Origin: a virus
Taxonomy: Duplodnaviria > Caudoviricetes
Length of the DNA: 64,000 nucleotides
Virus record (IMG/VR): IMGVR_UViG_3300033062_002592
Coordinates: 32,001 to 96,000 of that record
Strand: one strand, 5' to 3'
The notes under the pieces were generated by a model. It saw only the letters and a program-made list of their open reading frames with translations, did no database searches and was not told the DNA's origin. The position numbers and the translations under genes were made by a program. This document shows positions 9,542 to 18,834 of this stretch, piece by piece. How positions within the stretch are numbered: the first letter of the stretch is position 1; every line of letters begins with the position of its first letter.

Positions 9542-10796
9542 AAATTTCCTAGAGCAGTTTTCAACTTCCTTTGAAATGTTCAGCTATAATAATGACCTCT
9601 ATGGTAGGCTTTGCGCCCATGTGCTACTAGGCCAAATTCTCAAAAATGTTAAAATTTATTTCGGTCCAATTTTTGTAGATGCAAGAATTTCATTGTTTTT
9701 CATTCAGCCTAGCGGCACAGGCAAAAGCACACCTTGGGGATTTATAAAACAAGTTGGACAAAAATCGGGACTTCGCATGAATGACATTGATATTGCTACA
9801 GATGCCGCTCTTGTAGGAACTGAAGAAGCTGAAGAAGTTGTTGACCCCGAAACCAAAACAAAAACCATCGTTCACAACGTTATCAAAGGCAAGCTCGCTC
9901 AGGCTGATGTGTTACATTATGATGAAGGTCAAATGCTCATTAAACGTGGAACATACGCAGAAAATACATTGGCATTATTTCAAAAGGCCCTGAATCCCAT
10001 TGGCAGCGGACTTAATAATATTACGAAAAATTTGGCGCATCAGGATATTGAAATCGAACCAACTTGTAGTCTGATAATAACATCCCATGAAATAGAAAAT
10101 CTTTTAGACACGGTTTTGAATACAGGATTCTTCCAGAGAATCGTTTTGTATCCAAGATATGTTCCCATTCCTGAACGTAAAAGAAATGAATTTATTAGAT
10201 GTGACAGGTTTGGAAAAAGGTCTTTTATGCAAATAGATGTTGAAACTATGGCTGAAAAACTTTTAAGAACAGCACAAGCCAACGAAAAGTTTGAAGTTGT
10301 AGTTAATAAAGATGTTTATCCTGTGGCAAAGCAGGGAATTGACAATATATATAAATTAACGGATTCATCCCATGAACGTGTGCGCGACATTATGGCAACG
10401 TTTGCGCCAAGATATGATAATTTGATGTATATTTTTGCAATACATCATTGTTGTGCTGAATACAAAAAAGAAGTTGATATTAAAGATATCAAATATGGAA
10501 TTTGGATGACTTCAAAATTATTCAGTGAAGTTATGGCATGGGTTGAAGAAAATATTCATTTATCCAAATTATCATCGAAAGACCAAAGTTATCTCAATAG
10601 CGCCTTCCAAATTTATACCATGATGCAGAAAGATTCAAATGGATATGTATATCTGCAGGCGCTTATTGAAAATTGTAGTAACAGATGGAGAATTACAAAA
10701 CCTTCGGTGGCGAGAAAATTGGAAAGATTTGGTGGATATAATAAATTAAAAAGAATAAGACAAAATACGACAGATTTAGTAAAAATTGAATTATAA
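9519..10796 (+). CDS. MCM-like AAA+ replicative helicase (no N-terminal OB/Zn domain)
   Basis: Walker A PSGTGKS; GKLAQADVLHYDE resembles MCM GALVLADxGxxxIDE; Arg finger FFQR; sensor-2-like APR; C-terminal wHTH-like region. Confidence 0.7.
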   Translation: MAIVAPDKNFLEQFSTSFEMFSYNNDLYGRLCAHVLLGQILKNVKIYFGPIFVDARISLFFIQPSGTGKSTPWGFIKQVGQKSGLRMNDIDIATDAALVGTEEAEEVVDPETKTKTIVHNVIKGKLAQADVLHYDEGQMLIKRGTYAENTLALFQKALNPIGSGLNNITKNLAHQDIEIEPTCSLIITSHEIENLLDTVLNTGFFQRIVLYPRYVPIPERKRNEFIRCDRFGKRSFMQIDVETMAEKLLRTAQANEKFEVVVNKDVYPVAKQGIDNIYKLTDSSHERVRDIMATFAPRYDNLMYIFAIHHCCAEYKKEVDIKDIKYGIWMTSKLFSEVMAWVEENIHLSKLSSKDQSYLNSAFQIYTMMQKDSNGYVYLQALIENCSNRWRITKPSVARKLERFGGYNKLKRIRQNTTDLVKIEL

Positions 10797-10810
10797 ATTG
10801 AGGTGAAAAA

Positions 10811-12070
10811 ATGGAAAAAACAAAAATAATGCTGATGACTGATTCAAATACAAGAACTGGATTTGGCGGCGTTTCACATAATATAGCCATAGGCTTGGCT
10901 GAAAACAATTTCGATGTATCTTGGCTTGGCTGGGGTTTTCATGCTGACGGTCCAATGCCCCGCGCTAATTATATATTATTGCCATCTGGTCAAGCTCCCT
11001 TTGGTGAAGACATTCTACCATATTATCTTCAAGTTATAAAACCAGAAGTTTTCATGACTCAAGCCGACACAAGAATGGTAATGAATATTCCTCAAGCCCT
11101 AAAGCAAGTTCCTAATAAGCCAGCGTGGGTATTCTACGTAGTCATAGATGGTTCGACTTGGGATTATAAAGGCGAAAACAAGAAATGGCCCACAAACTGG
11201 CTCAATTGCATCAAGCAAGCCGACAAAGTTGTAACCATGACAAAGTTTGGTCAAGATATACTACAGGCGAATGGCGTAGAGTCTCAAGTGATTTATCACG
11301 GCGTAGAGACTTCTCGTTATACCCCAATATCAGAAGAAAATAAACGCAAGCTGAAAGCCTCGTCCGGCCTTCAAGAGGATCTATTCATCTTTGGTGGAGT
11401 CTTCAAAAACATGGCGCGCAAATGTCCAGAAAAATATCTTCAAGCGTTCAAAATTTTTTACGAAAGCTTAAACGAAGCACAGCAAAGCAAAGTTGCACTT
11501 CTTTTACACACAAATCCTGGACCTGGTCCCTCTGGAGAATTTGACCTAGTTGAACAATGTGTGGATTATGGATTAACGCCAGGAAAAAATGTAATCTTTA
11601 GTATGCAAAACGTTCCACCAGATTTAATGCAACTTGTTTATCAATCAATGGATGTCTATCTACACCTTGGTACAATGGAAGGCTTTGGACTGCCAATTAT
11701 AGAGGCAATGTCCTGCGGCATTCCCAGCATTGGTATCAACAGTTGTACGATGCCCGAATTAATTGGAGACTGCGGCATACTTTCAGAAGTTCCCCGCTAT
11801 AACAAGACTCATAAGATAAGCTTCGGCTCATACAATGGCGTTGAATGCGACATAGTTGATCCTTGGGATATTGCAAAAAAGATGCAGAAGCTCTATGAAA
11901 GTGAAGCCCTCAGAAAAGAACTTGGCTTTAAATCTACAGAACGCGCAGTAAAAACTTTTGATTGGTCAATAATCCGAAAGCAGTGGGTTGATTTAATGAA
12001 GTCATTGGTAATCACAGAAGATAAAATCCCTGAAGAGTGGCAAAAGCTTTATGCCGAGACAAAAGTCTAA
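10811..12070 (+). CDS. Glycosyltransferase, GT4 family
   Basis: TGFGGV, YHGV, EGFGLPIIEAMSCGIP, FDW. Confidence 0.92.
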   Translation: MEKTKIMLMTDSNTRTGFGGVSHNIAIGLAENNFDVSWLGWGFHADGPMPRANYILLPSGQAPFGEDILPYYLQVIKPEVFMTQADTRMVMNIPQALKQVPNKPAWVFYVVIDGSTWDYKGENKKWPTNWLNCIKQADKVVTMTKFGQDILQANGVESQVIYHGVETSRYTPISEENKRKLKASSGLQEDLFIFGGVFKNMARKCPEKYLQAFKIFYESLNEAQQSKVALLLHTNPGPGPSGEFDLVEQCVDYGLTPGKNVIFSMQNVPPDLMQLVYQSMDVYLHLGTMEGFGLPIIEAMSCGIPSIGINSCTMPELIGDCGILSEVPRYNKTHKISFGSYNGVECDIVDPWDIAKKMQKLYESEALRKELGFKSTERAVKTFDWSIIRKQWVDLMKSLVITEDKIPEEWQKLYAETKV

Positions 12071-12170
12071 ACCAAAAGTTTGCAAAGAAAAAAACTGCAA
12101 AAAATGCATGGAACATTTTCATGTTGAAATACTTTGGTATTGTCCTTATGGTAAAAGAAGGCAAGATTAA
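12051..12170 (+). CDS. 39-aa basic Cys-rich microprotein (not in ORF track)
   Basis: MPRQKSKPKVCKEKNCKKCMEHFHVEILWYCPYGKRRQD; its stop abuts the next ATG. Confidence 0.45.
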   Translation: MPRQKSKPKVCKEKNCKKCMEHFHVEILWYCPYGKRRQD

Positions 12171-12518
12171 ATGAAAAGCAAAAGTAGTGAATACCAACCC
12201 TTAGTATTACCAGATAAATTAGATGAATTATTTAAGATGCAAAGAGAATTCCAAGATGAACATGGATACTGGCCCGATTTACACCATGTTTGTGCCGCCG
12301 GTGCTGCAGAGTTTTTAGAACTTTGGGCAAAAAGCGGTGGCAAATGGTGGAAGAAACACAAAGTTGCACTTAAAGAAGAACAAGTAGAGGAACTCGTTGA
12401 TGTTCTCCATTTCTTTCTTTTGGCCTGTTTAAAACTTGAGATTACTCCCCTAGAACTGTTTGACGCTTATAAGGAAAAATTAAACGTCAATATTGAAAGA
12501 GCAAAAAACAATTATTAG
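12171..12518 (+). CDS. Dimeric all-alpha dUTPase / MazG-like NTP pyrophosphatase
   Basis: AEFLE...KWWKK...EELVDVLHF...YKEK...NIER...Y. Confidence 0.85.
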   Translation: MKSKSSEYQPLVLPDKLDELFKMQREFQDEHGYWPDLHHVCAAGAAEFLELWAKSGGKWWKKHKVALKEEQVEELVDVLHFFLLACLKLEITPLELFDAYKEKLNVNIERAKNNY

Positions 12519-12530
12519 GAGATTTTTATT

Positions 12531-14279
12531 ATGACAGAAGATTTTAAACTTATCGAAGAATATCTCGCAAATCACAATTGGAGAATAAGTGAAAACTCAA
12601 ATACAACTTACAGCTTCTCAGGATTAAAATCCTATTTAGATTCGCATATCTTGGCCGATTTTGCATTATCTAAATTGCCAGAAGAAATCCGTAAAGCCCA
12701 TAAAAATGGAGATTTCCACATTCACAATTTAGAATCTGGAAATCTTATCAGATATTGCAGCGGTAACTCGTTGCAAATGTTATTACTGAAGGGCTTGTGG
12801 ACTCCTTCTCTGATTTCTAAACCCGCAAAACATTTTAGCGCCGTTGTTGACCATGTGATGAATTATCTTTACATGATTCAAATGGAAACTGCGGGTGCTG
12901 TTGCATTTAATGATGTAGATACCTTGTTAGCACCGTTTATCAGACATGACAAACTTGATTTCAATCACGTAAAACAGGACATTCAAAGATTAATCTTTAA
13001 CTTGAATTTTACATTGCGCTCAGCCTCTCAAACGCCCTTCAGCAATGTTTCATTAAACTTCGGCGTTCCTAAATATCTTAAGAACAGCCCCGCCATAATA
13101 GGCGGCGAAGTTAAAGACAATCCATGTTACAGCGATTATGAAAAAGAGATTGAAATGTTTGATATAGCTTTCTCAGAGATTCTCATGGATCGCGATGGCA
13201 AAATGCGCCCCTTTACATTTCCCATTCCCACAATTAATCTTACTAAAGCCATAAATTGGGATTCTGAAGCCATTAGAATGATGCTCATAGAAGACATTAC
13301 ATTGGGATCATTTTATTTCATGAATTATATTGGCTCAGGCATTTCAGAAGAAACCGTTAGAGCCATGTGTTGCAGATTGAATATTGATACATCAGAATTG
13401 TCTTCTGCTGGTGGACTATGGAACATGGGTGATTCCACAGGCAGCCTCGGAGTTGTTACACTTAATCTCGCAAGAATTGGATATCTCTCAAAAACAGAGG
13501 ATGAAATTTATGAACGTCTTACAGCTTTGCTAAAGCTCGCTGTTGAAGAATTATTAATTAAAGAGCAGATGATACGCAAAGGTTATGAAGCGGGTCTTTC
13601 TCCCTTTTCAGAATACTATGATTTGAATCTAGACCATTACTTTAGAACAATTGGTATAGTAGGACTTAACGAGCTTTGCTTAAACTTTACAGGCAAAGGC
13701 TTGATAGATAATGCAGAGCTAGGCTACAAAATACTATCATTCTTGAGAGGTAAAATCAAAGAAATTCAGAAAGAAACTAAAAAGCTGTTTAATCTTGAAA
13801 TGACTCCAGCTGAAGGTAGTTCATACCGATTAGCCAAGAAAGACTTGGAGAAGTATGCTAACATTAAAACTTTGGGAACAAAGGAAGCACCATATTATAC
13901 ATCGTTGTTGATTCCACCATCTGAAGCCATGGACGTTTGGGAACGTTTGAAAATCGAAGAAAAGTTATTACCACTATTCTCAGGCGGAACAGTCTTCCGA
14001 GTTTTCGTTGGCGATGAAACAGATGATATTAACAGCGTAAAAAAATTGATTCAAACTATAGCTGCTTCGAAGATTCCATATTTTGACATTACAAGAACCT
14101 TTTCAGTCTGCGCAGGTGAAGGTAAGTTCTACAACGGAGAGGTTGAAATCTGCCCAAGCTGTGGTAAGCGAACTGAAGTATTTTCAAGAGTTGTGGGATA
14201 TTATCGACCAGTAAATAAATGGAATATTGGAAAGCAACAAGAATTTAAAGAAAGAAAATACGTTAAAATTGGCGGATGA
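12531..14279 (+). CDS. nrdD: Anaerobic (class III) ribonucleoside-triphosphate reductase
   Basis: ENSN, HIHNL, YC, PFTFPIPT, MCCRL finger loop, TPAEG, C-terminal Zn site and RVVGY glycyl-radical motif. Confidence 0.95.
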   Translation: MTEDFKLIEEYLANHNWRISENSNTTYSFSGLKSYLDSHILADFALSKLPEEIRKAHKNGDFHIHNLESGNLIRYCSGNSLQMLLLKGLWTPSLISKPAKHFSAVVDHVMNYLYMIQMETAGAVAFNDVDTLLAPFIRHDKLDFNHVKQDIQRLIFNLNFTLRSASQTPFSNVSLNFGVPKYLKNSPAIIGGEVKDNPCYSDYEKEIEMFDIAFSEILMDRDGKMRPFTFPIPTINLTKAINWDSEAIRMMLIEDITLGSFYFMNYIGSGISEETVRAMCCRLNIDTSELSSAGGLWNMGDSTGSLGVVTLNLARIGYLSKTEDEIYERLTALLKLAVEELLIKEQMIRKGYEAGLSPFSEYYDLNLDHYFRTIGIVGLNELCLNFTGKGLIDNAELGYKILSFLRGKIKEIQKETKKLFNLEMTPAEGSSYRLAKKDLEKYANIKTLGTKEAPYYTSLLIPPSEAMDVWERLKIEEKLLPLFSGGTVFRVFVGDETDDINSVKKLIQTIAASKIPYFDITRTFSVCAGEGKFYNGEVEICPSCGKRTEVFSRVVGYYRPVNKWNIGKQQEFKERKYVKIGG

Positions 14280-14280
14280 A

Positions 14281-14436
14281 ATGAACAAAGTTTTTTGCGA
14301 TTATTGCCATAATGAGATTCCTCCAGATAAAGTTTATGAAGTAATCTTGAGATATCCCGGAGAAATTTGTGGAACTTGGGACGCCTGTGAAAATTGCTTC
14401 AAAGTTATTGAATCAAAATTGGGATTGAAAAAATGA
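14281..14436 (+). CDS. Zn-finger microprotein
   Basis: CDYC...DACENC. Confidence 0.6.
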   Translation: MNKVFCDYCHNEIPPDKVYEVILRYPGEICGTWDACENCFKVIESKLGLKK

Positions 14437-14585
14437 AATGTCATTGCGGATCCGAGCTTAAAGCCGAAGATAGTAAAAGTGGAGAAATCTGGGTCTGCCC
14501 CAAATGTGAATGCAAATTCAGGTTTACTTTAGTAAAATGGCAGAACAAATGCTATGCAAAGTTTCACAAAGACCAAAATACTTAA
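14433..14585 (+). CDS. 50-aa Zn-ribbon microprotein (not in ORF track)
   Basis: MKCHCGSELK...WVCPKCECKF...; ATGA overlap with the previous stop. Confidence 0.6.
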   Translation: MKCHCGSELKAEDSKSGEIWVCPKCECKFRFTLVKWQNKCYAKFHKDQNT

Positions 14586-14590
14586 ATACT
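14572..14590 (+). promoter_or_regulatory. Putative archaeal BRE/TATA promoter for the glycan operon
   Basis: ACCAAAATACTTAAATA: purine-rich BRE-like element plus TTAAATA box about 30-40 nt upstream of the 14622 start. Confidence 0.45.
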
Positions 14591-14621
14591 TGTATTGCTT
14601 ATATGTATATGAGATGTTTTT

Positions 14622-14963
14622 TTGCTGATAGACAATACAAGAGTCCAAGTTATGCAATTTGAAAACCTTCGAGAATTTATTAAGCCAAGTTCAAGTTGCT
14701 ATGTTTTAAAGTATGAACTCGGCGATGAAGATGCTGTCTATTACACCATCGCTGATGGTTCAAACTTTGCATTATTGGCATTCTGTCTTGATAAAAATTT
14801 TAAAACGGAAAACGTCAAGATTGAAGGAGATAAGATTATAGAAGCTACAGGCCCCTCAGGAACCACAGTTGTTCTTGCAAATGTTATTAATGATACATTC
14901 TTAGAAGCCGTTCTTGATGAATATTTTGGGAAAAAACCTAGGAAAAAGAAAAATGAAAATTAA
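14622..14963 (+). CDS. Hypothetical protein
   Basis: 113-aa ORF, TTG start after GAGATG. Confidence 0.65.
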   Translation: MLIDNTRVQVMQFENLREFIKPSSSCYVLKYELGDEDAVYYTIADGSNFALLAFCLDKNFKTENVKIEGDKIIEATGPSGTTVVLANVINDTFLEAVLDEYFGKKPRKKKNEN

Positions 14964-15870
14964 AACTGTAGCACTTTGCGGCTCAAATATTGGTGATTAT
15001 CTTTTCGACATTGTGGCAGAGGGTATGGTTTATTTATTGGGCCGAAAAAACGTTTATATAAAAGATTTGTATATTGCGCCCAATGATCCAAACCAAGATT
15101 TACATGGTGGTTATTCATATACAAACGAATTTTTGCGAGAGCCAAATGAAATTTCTTCATTGTTTGACTGTGATGTTTTAATTAATAATTACGCTAGAGC
15201 GCCAGGAGATATAGGTGAACATAAAGAGGCACCGGAATTCAAAAAATCTGGAAAAACCGTTGTTATAATTGATGGCGGCGATTTTCCGAATATGTGGTAC
15301 CATATTCCCCATGATTTATATTTTAAAAAGGAATATTATATCAATCAAACTTATCCCAAAGATGTATTTAATTTGCCCTTTGCTGCAAAAATGTTTAAAT
15401 ATGATTTTCCCAACATAGAAAAAACAGGAGATATAAGTCTTTTTGGTAGTCTTGGTGCAAACCCTTTGCGTGGCCAACTTATGGAAGCATTTAAAAAGAC
15501 AAGTTTTAAATGTAATTTTGGTGGGCATTCTCTTCAATATATGAAATATCTTGAAGAAGTGCGCAGGCATTGGCTTTGTCTTTCAACTCCAAGCGCTAGT
15601 TGGGATACTTACAGATATTGGGAATTACCCTATTTTGCTTGCCCCATGTTATGTAGTCGCCCAATGATAAAAATAGATAATGATTTTGTTGATAAAGAAA
15701 GTTGTTTAAAATTTGACACTGCTGAAGAAGCGGTTAAAATTGCAGAAGAGTATCTTCCTCAAAAAGAAGTTTTGTTAAAAATTGGAGAAAAGGCAAGAGA
15801 AGTTTCCCTGAAATATAATTTGTCTATACATCGAGCGCAAAAAGTTTTGGATGAAGTTGAAAAATTATGA
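14953..15870 (+). CDS. Glycosyltransferase (GT-B, CgeB/Glyco_trans_1_2-like)
   Basis: IIDGGD, YFKKEY, R...Y..YL, WDTYRYWE...C and KIGEKARE C-terminal pattern. Confidence 0.75.
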   Translation: MKIKTVALCGSNIGDYLFDIVAEGMVYLLGRKNVYIKDLYIAPNDPNQDLHGGYSYTNEFLREPNEISSLFDCDVLINNYARAPGDIGEHKEAPEFKKSGKTVVIIDGGDFPNMWYHIPHDLYFKKEYYINQTYPKDVFNLPFAAKMFKYDFPNIEKTGDISLFGSLGANPLRGQLMEAFKKTSFKCNFGGHSLQYMKYLEEVRRHWLCLSTPSASWDTYRYWELPYFACPMLCSRPMIKIDNDFVDKESCLKFDTAEEAVKIAEEYLPQKEVLLKIGEKAREVSLKYNLSIHRAQKVLDEVEKL

Positions 15871-16433
15871 AGTGGCAAGATTTAACAAAAGAAGATTATG
15901 AAACAAGTTGGGGCGTTGCCAACTATTTAGATAAAATTGTTTTAGACGTTGGCGCAGATGTTGGAAGCACTGCATTATTTTTCATAGAAAGAGGAGCAAA
16001 AAACATTATTTGTGTGGATACAGATACTTCAGGATTAACAAAAAATGCTCAAGAGATTCCTCAAATAAGCAAAATTGTAAATGTTAATATCCAAGATAAA
16101 TATACAATGGAGCGAGTTCTTTTAGAAACGGCGGATATTGTAAAGATGGATATAGAAGGAGCTGAAATGTGGCTATTAGAAGTTGATCCACGAATATTGC
16201 AGCAACATAAAGAATATATTATTGAGATTCATGGTAGTTGTATTCATCATACTCCTGTTTGTGATCCACAATGTCTTTACACTTATATTAAAGATATGTT
16301 TTTGAAAAATAACTTTGAAATTTTGGATGATTTCATATTTTATTGGAATCCTGTTTATTGTTCAGAATATAAAGGAGAACGCAATAGTCCCGAAAATAAA
16401 GGATTACATATTGTTTACTGCAGGAGAAAATAA
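15867..16433 (+). CDS. FkbM-like SAM methyltransferase
   Basis: VLDVGADVG...VKMDIEGAE...IEIH. Confidence 0.8.
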   Translation: MKWQDLTKEDYETSWGVANYLDKIVLDVGADVGSTALFFIERGAKNIICVDTDTSGLTKNAQEIPQISKIVNVNIQDKYTMERVLLETADIVKMDIEGAEMWLLEVDPRILQQHKEYIIEIHGSCIHHTPVCDPQCLYTYIKDMFLKNNFEILDDFIFYWNPVYCSEYKGERNSPENKGLHIVYCRRK

Positions 16434-17366
16434 ATGAAGATTTTTATAACCGGAGGAACAGGGTTTATTGGAGAAAACCTTGTAAATAAACTGTTAGAAC
16501 GAAACCATGAAATATATGTATTATGTAGAAATGTTACAGACCGCAAAATTACACTTCCCCAAGGCACCAATATTGTTTATGGAGACCTTATTGATGGGCA
16601 TTTTCTAAAGAAATCCTTAAAGGAAATAAATCCCGATGTGGTAGTTCATCTTGCTTCAGTCTCTTCGGTCGCTTATGGGCATCAACATGCTCAAGAAAAT
16701 TTTGAAATTACATTTCTTGGAACAGTAAATATTCAAAAAGCCTGTGAAGGATTATCAAACTTGCAAAAATTTATTTTTGCGGGAACTTCTGAAGAATATG
16801 GCAATCAAACACAATTTCCAATAAAAGAAAATGCTCCTCTTTTTCCCAATCAACCATATGCCATAGCCAAAGTTGCTTCAGATTATTATCTTGATTATTG
16901 TAAAATAGCAAATGGTTTTCCATCAGTTATTCTACGCCCGTTCAATACATATGGTAGAACAAAGAATTTTACATTTGTAACTGAAAGCATTATATATCAA
17001 ATGCTTACAAAAGATAAGGTTATCTTGGGAAATCCCGATGCAACTAGAGATTTGCTCTATGTGGATGACCATGTTAATGGATATATCAAAGCAATTGAAA
17101 CAACAAAAGACCTTGAAAAATGCAGAGCCATAAACTTATGCACTGGAATCGGAACATCTATAAAAACTCTTGCTGAAAAAATTCAAAAAATTGCCGATTT
17201 TAAAGGCGAAATAATTTGGAATATAAAAATTCGCCCAACTGAAATTAATAAGCTCGTTGGAGATTGGGGTCCAGCCTTTGATTATTTAGAATGGCGCCCA
17301 CAAACCTCATTAGATGAGGGTTTAAGTTTAGCAACTTATAAGATAAAATCTTTGGTGGTGAAATAG
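16434..17366 (+). CDS. NDP-sugar 4,6-dehydratase/epimerase (extended SDR)
   Basis: GGTGFIG, HLAS, TSEEYG, PYAIAK, RPFNTYG, RDLLYVDD. Confidence 0.92.
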   Translation: MKIFITGGTGFIGENLVNKLLERNHEIYVLCRNVTDRKITLPQGTNIVYGDLIDGHFLKKSLKEINPDVVVHLASVSSVAYGHQHAQENFEITFLGTVNIQKACEGLSNLQKFIFAGTSEEYGNQTQFPIKENAPLFPNQPYAIAKVASDYYLDYCKIANGFPSVILRPFNTYGRTKNFTFVTESIIYQMLTKDKVILGNPDATRDLLYVDDHVNGYIKAIETTKDLEKCRAINLCTGIGTSIKTLAEKIQKIADFKGEIIWNIKIRPTEINKLVGDWGPAFDYLEWRPQTSLDEGLSLATYKIKSLVVK

Positions 17367-17954
17367 ATGAAGATAAGTAATGAAGAATGGGAAACTTTAA
17401 AAACCTTTTTTATGTTTCAAAAAGGTTTAAGTATGCAAGAAGATATATTGATACTATATAATTTTTCTAAAAACATGGGGTTTAACCATATTCTTGAACT
17501 TGGAATAGGAGTAGAGGCAAATGCAACAAAAGCTTTCGCCTTTGCTAAAGCACAGTTGCCAAGTACATCCTTTACAAGCGTTGATTTCAGCGAAGAAAAT
17601 ATTAAAATTTCCAGAAAAATTCTTGAAGATTTTCATCTTGATAAATATGTTGAATTAATACATTCAGATTCGGTGGAATTTCTAAAAAACGCTCCTAAAA
17701 ACTATTATGATTTAATATTTATAGATACAAGCCATTCATTTGAACATACTGTTGCAGAAATTGAGTTGTCAACAGAAAAATTCGATCCTGCTGGATACAT
17801 ATTTTTGCATGATACAAGACAAATAGGAGTAAAAAATGCCATAGATTATTTTGTGCAGAAAAATCCATTATTCATACACACAGAGTTTAATACTGTAGCT
17901 GGGTTGGGTTCCCTTGCAAAAAAATCTTATGAAAAACAATTGAAAGAAATTTAG
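17367..17954 (+). CDS. Class I SAM methyltransferase (Methyltransf_24-like)
   Basis: LELGIG, SVD, DSVEF, LIFIDTSHSFE, FLHDT. Confidence 0.8.
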   Translation: MKISNEEWETLKTFFMFQKGLSMQEDILILYNFSKNMGFNHILELGIGVEANATKAFAFAKAQLPSTSFTSVDFSEENIKISRKILEDFHLDKYVELIHSDSVEFLKNAPKNYYDLIFIDTSHSFEHTVAEIELSTEKFDPAGYIFLHDTRQIGVKNAIDYFVQKNPLFIHTEFNTVAGLGSLAKKSYEKQLKEI

Positions 17955-17976
17955 TCATTAAAATATACGTGATTAT

Positions 17977-18834
17977 ATGAATCAAAAAAAGATAGCTATT
18001 ATGGGCGCCAGGGGGCATGTTGCAACAAATATTTACTGGCAATTACGAGATAATAATGAAATTTACCAATTTTCTAGGGAACAAATTGAAGATCCTCAAG
18101 GAGGATATCTTGTTTATCCTTATTCAGATTTTTTCAACTATGATTATGATTTAATTATAAATTGTGTTGGCTTTGGAAATCCAGAGGAGATTGAAACCGC
18201 TGGAGTGCAGTTATTTCTTGTAACCGAAGAATATGATAATAAAGTCCTAAGTTATTTAAATGAACATCCAAACACAAGATATATTTTTATCAGTTCTGGT
18301 GCTGTTCATAATCAATTTTTTGTTGATGACCTTCAAAAAAAGAATTTTTATCAGATTTCAAAGATAAATGCCGAAGCAAAACACAGGTCTCTTCCAGCTT
18401 TAAATATAGTTGATATTAGATTGTATTCATTTTTTACTCGTTTTACAAATCTTGATTCCAAATTTTTTATGAGTGCTTTGATAAAGGCAATTTTAACTAA
18501 AACGGTATTTGTAACAAACGAGAGAGAAATGATTAGGGACTATATAAATCCAAAAGACCTTATTAATCTTATAGAGTTATCCCTTAAACCAAAACATTTA
18601 AATGAAGGATTTGATATATACAGTCTAAGTCCCATTTCAAAGTTTGAAATACTTCGGTATTTTCAAGATAAATGTAGATTAAAGGTAAAATTCGATAACA
18701 GATATAAAAGCTTTAGTTCTGTGGGTAAAGATATTTATGCTTCAACTTTTAAAAGGAAAGCAGCGATTCTCGGTTACAAACCAAAATATACATCTCTGAA
18801 AACCATAAAGGAAGAATCTGCATGTCTCCTATGA
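17977..18834 (+). CDS. NAD-dependent epimerase/reductase (SDR)
   Basis: IMGARGHVA, INCVG, ISSGAV, YQISK, RDYI. Confidence 0.8.
   Translation: MNQKKIAIMGARGHVATNIYWQLRDNNEIYQFSREQIEDPQGGYLVYPYSDFFNYDYDLIINCVGFGNPEEIETAGVQLFLVTEEYDNKVLSYLNEHPNTRYIFISSGAVHNQFFVDDLQKKNFYQISKINAEAKHRSLPALNIVDIRLYSFFTRFTNLDSKFFMSALIKAILTKTVFVTNEREMIRDYINPKDLINLIELSLKPKHLNEGFDIYSLSPISKFEILRYFQDKCRLKVKFDNRYKSFSSVGKDIYASTFKRKAAILGYKPKYTSLKTIKEESACLL

Noticed and set aside
4099-14279. Inteins or introns in polB, helicase or nrdD
   Set aside because: Lengths are compact and motifs contiguous; no intein termini or LAGLIDADG blocks seen.
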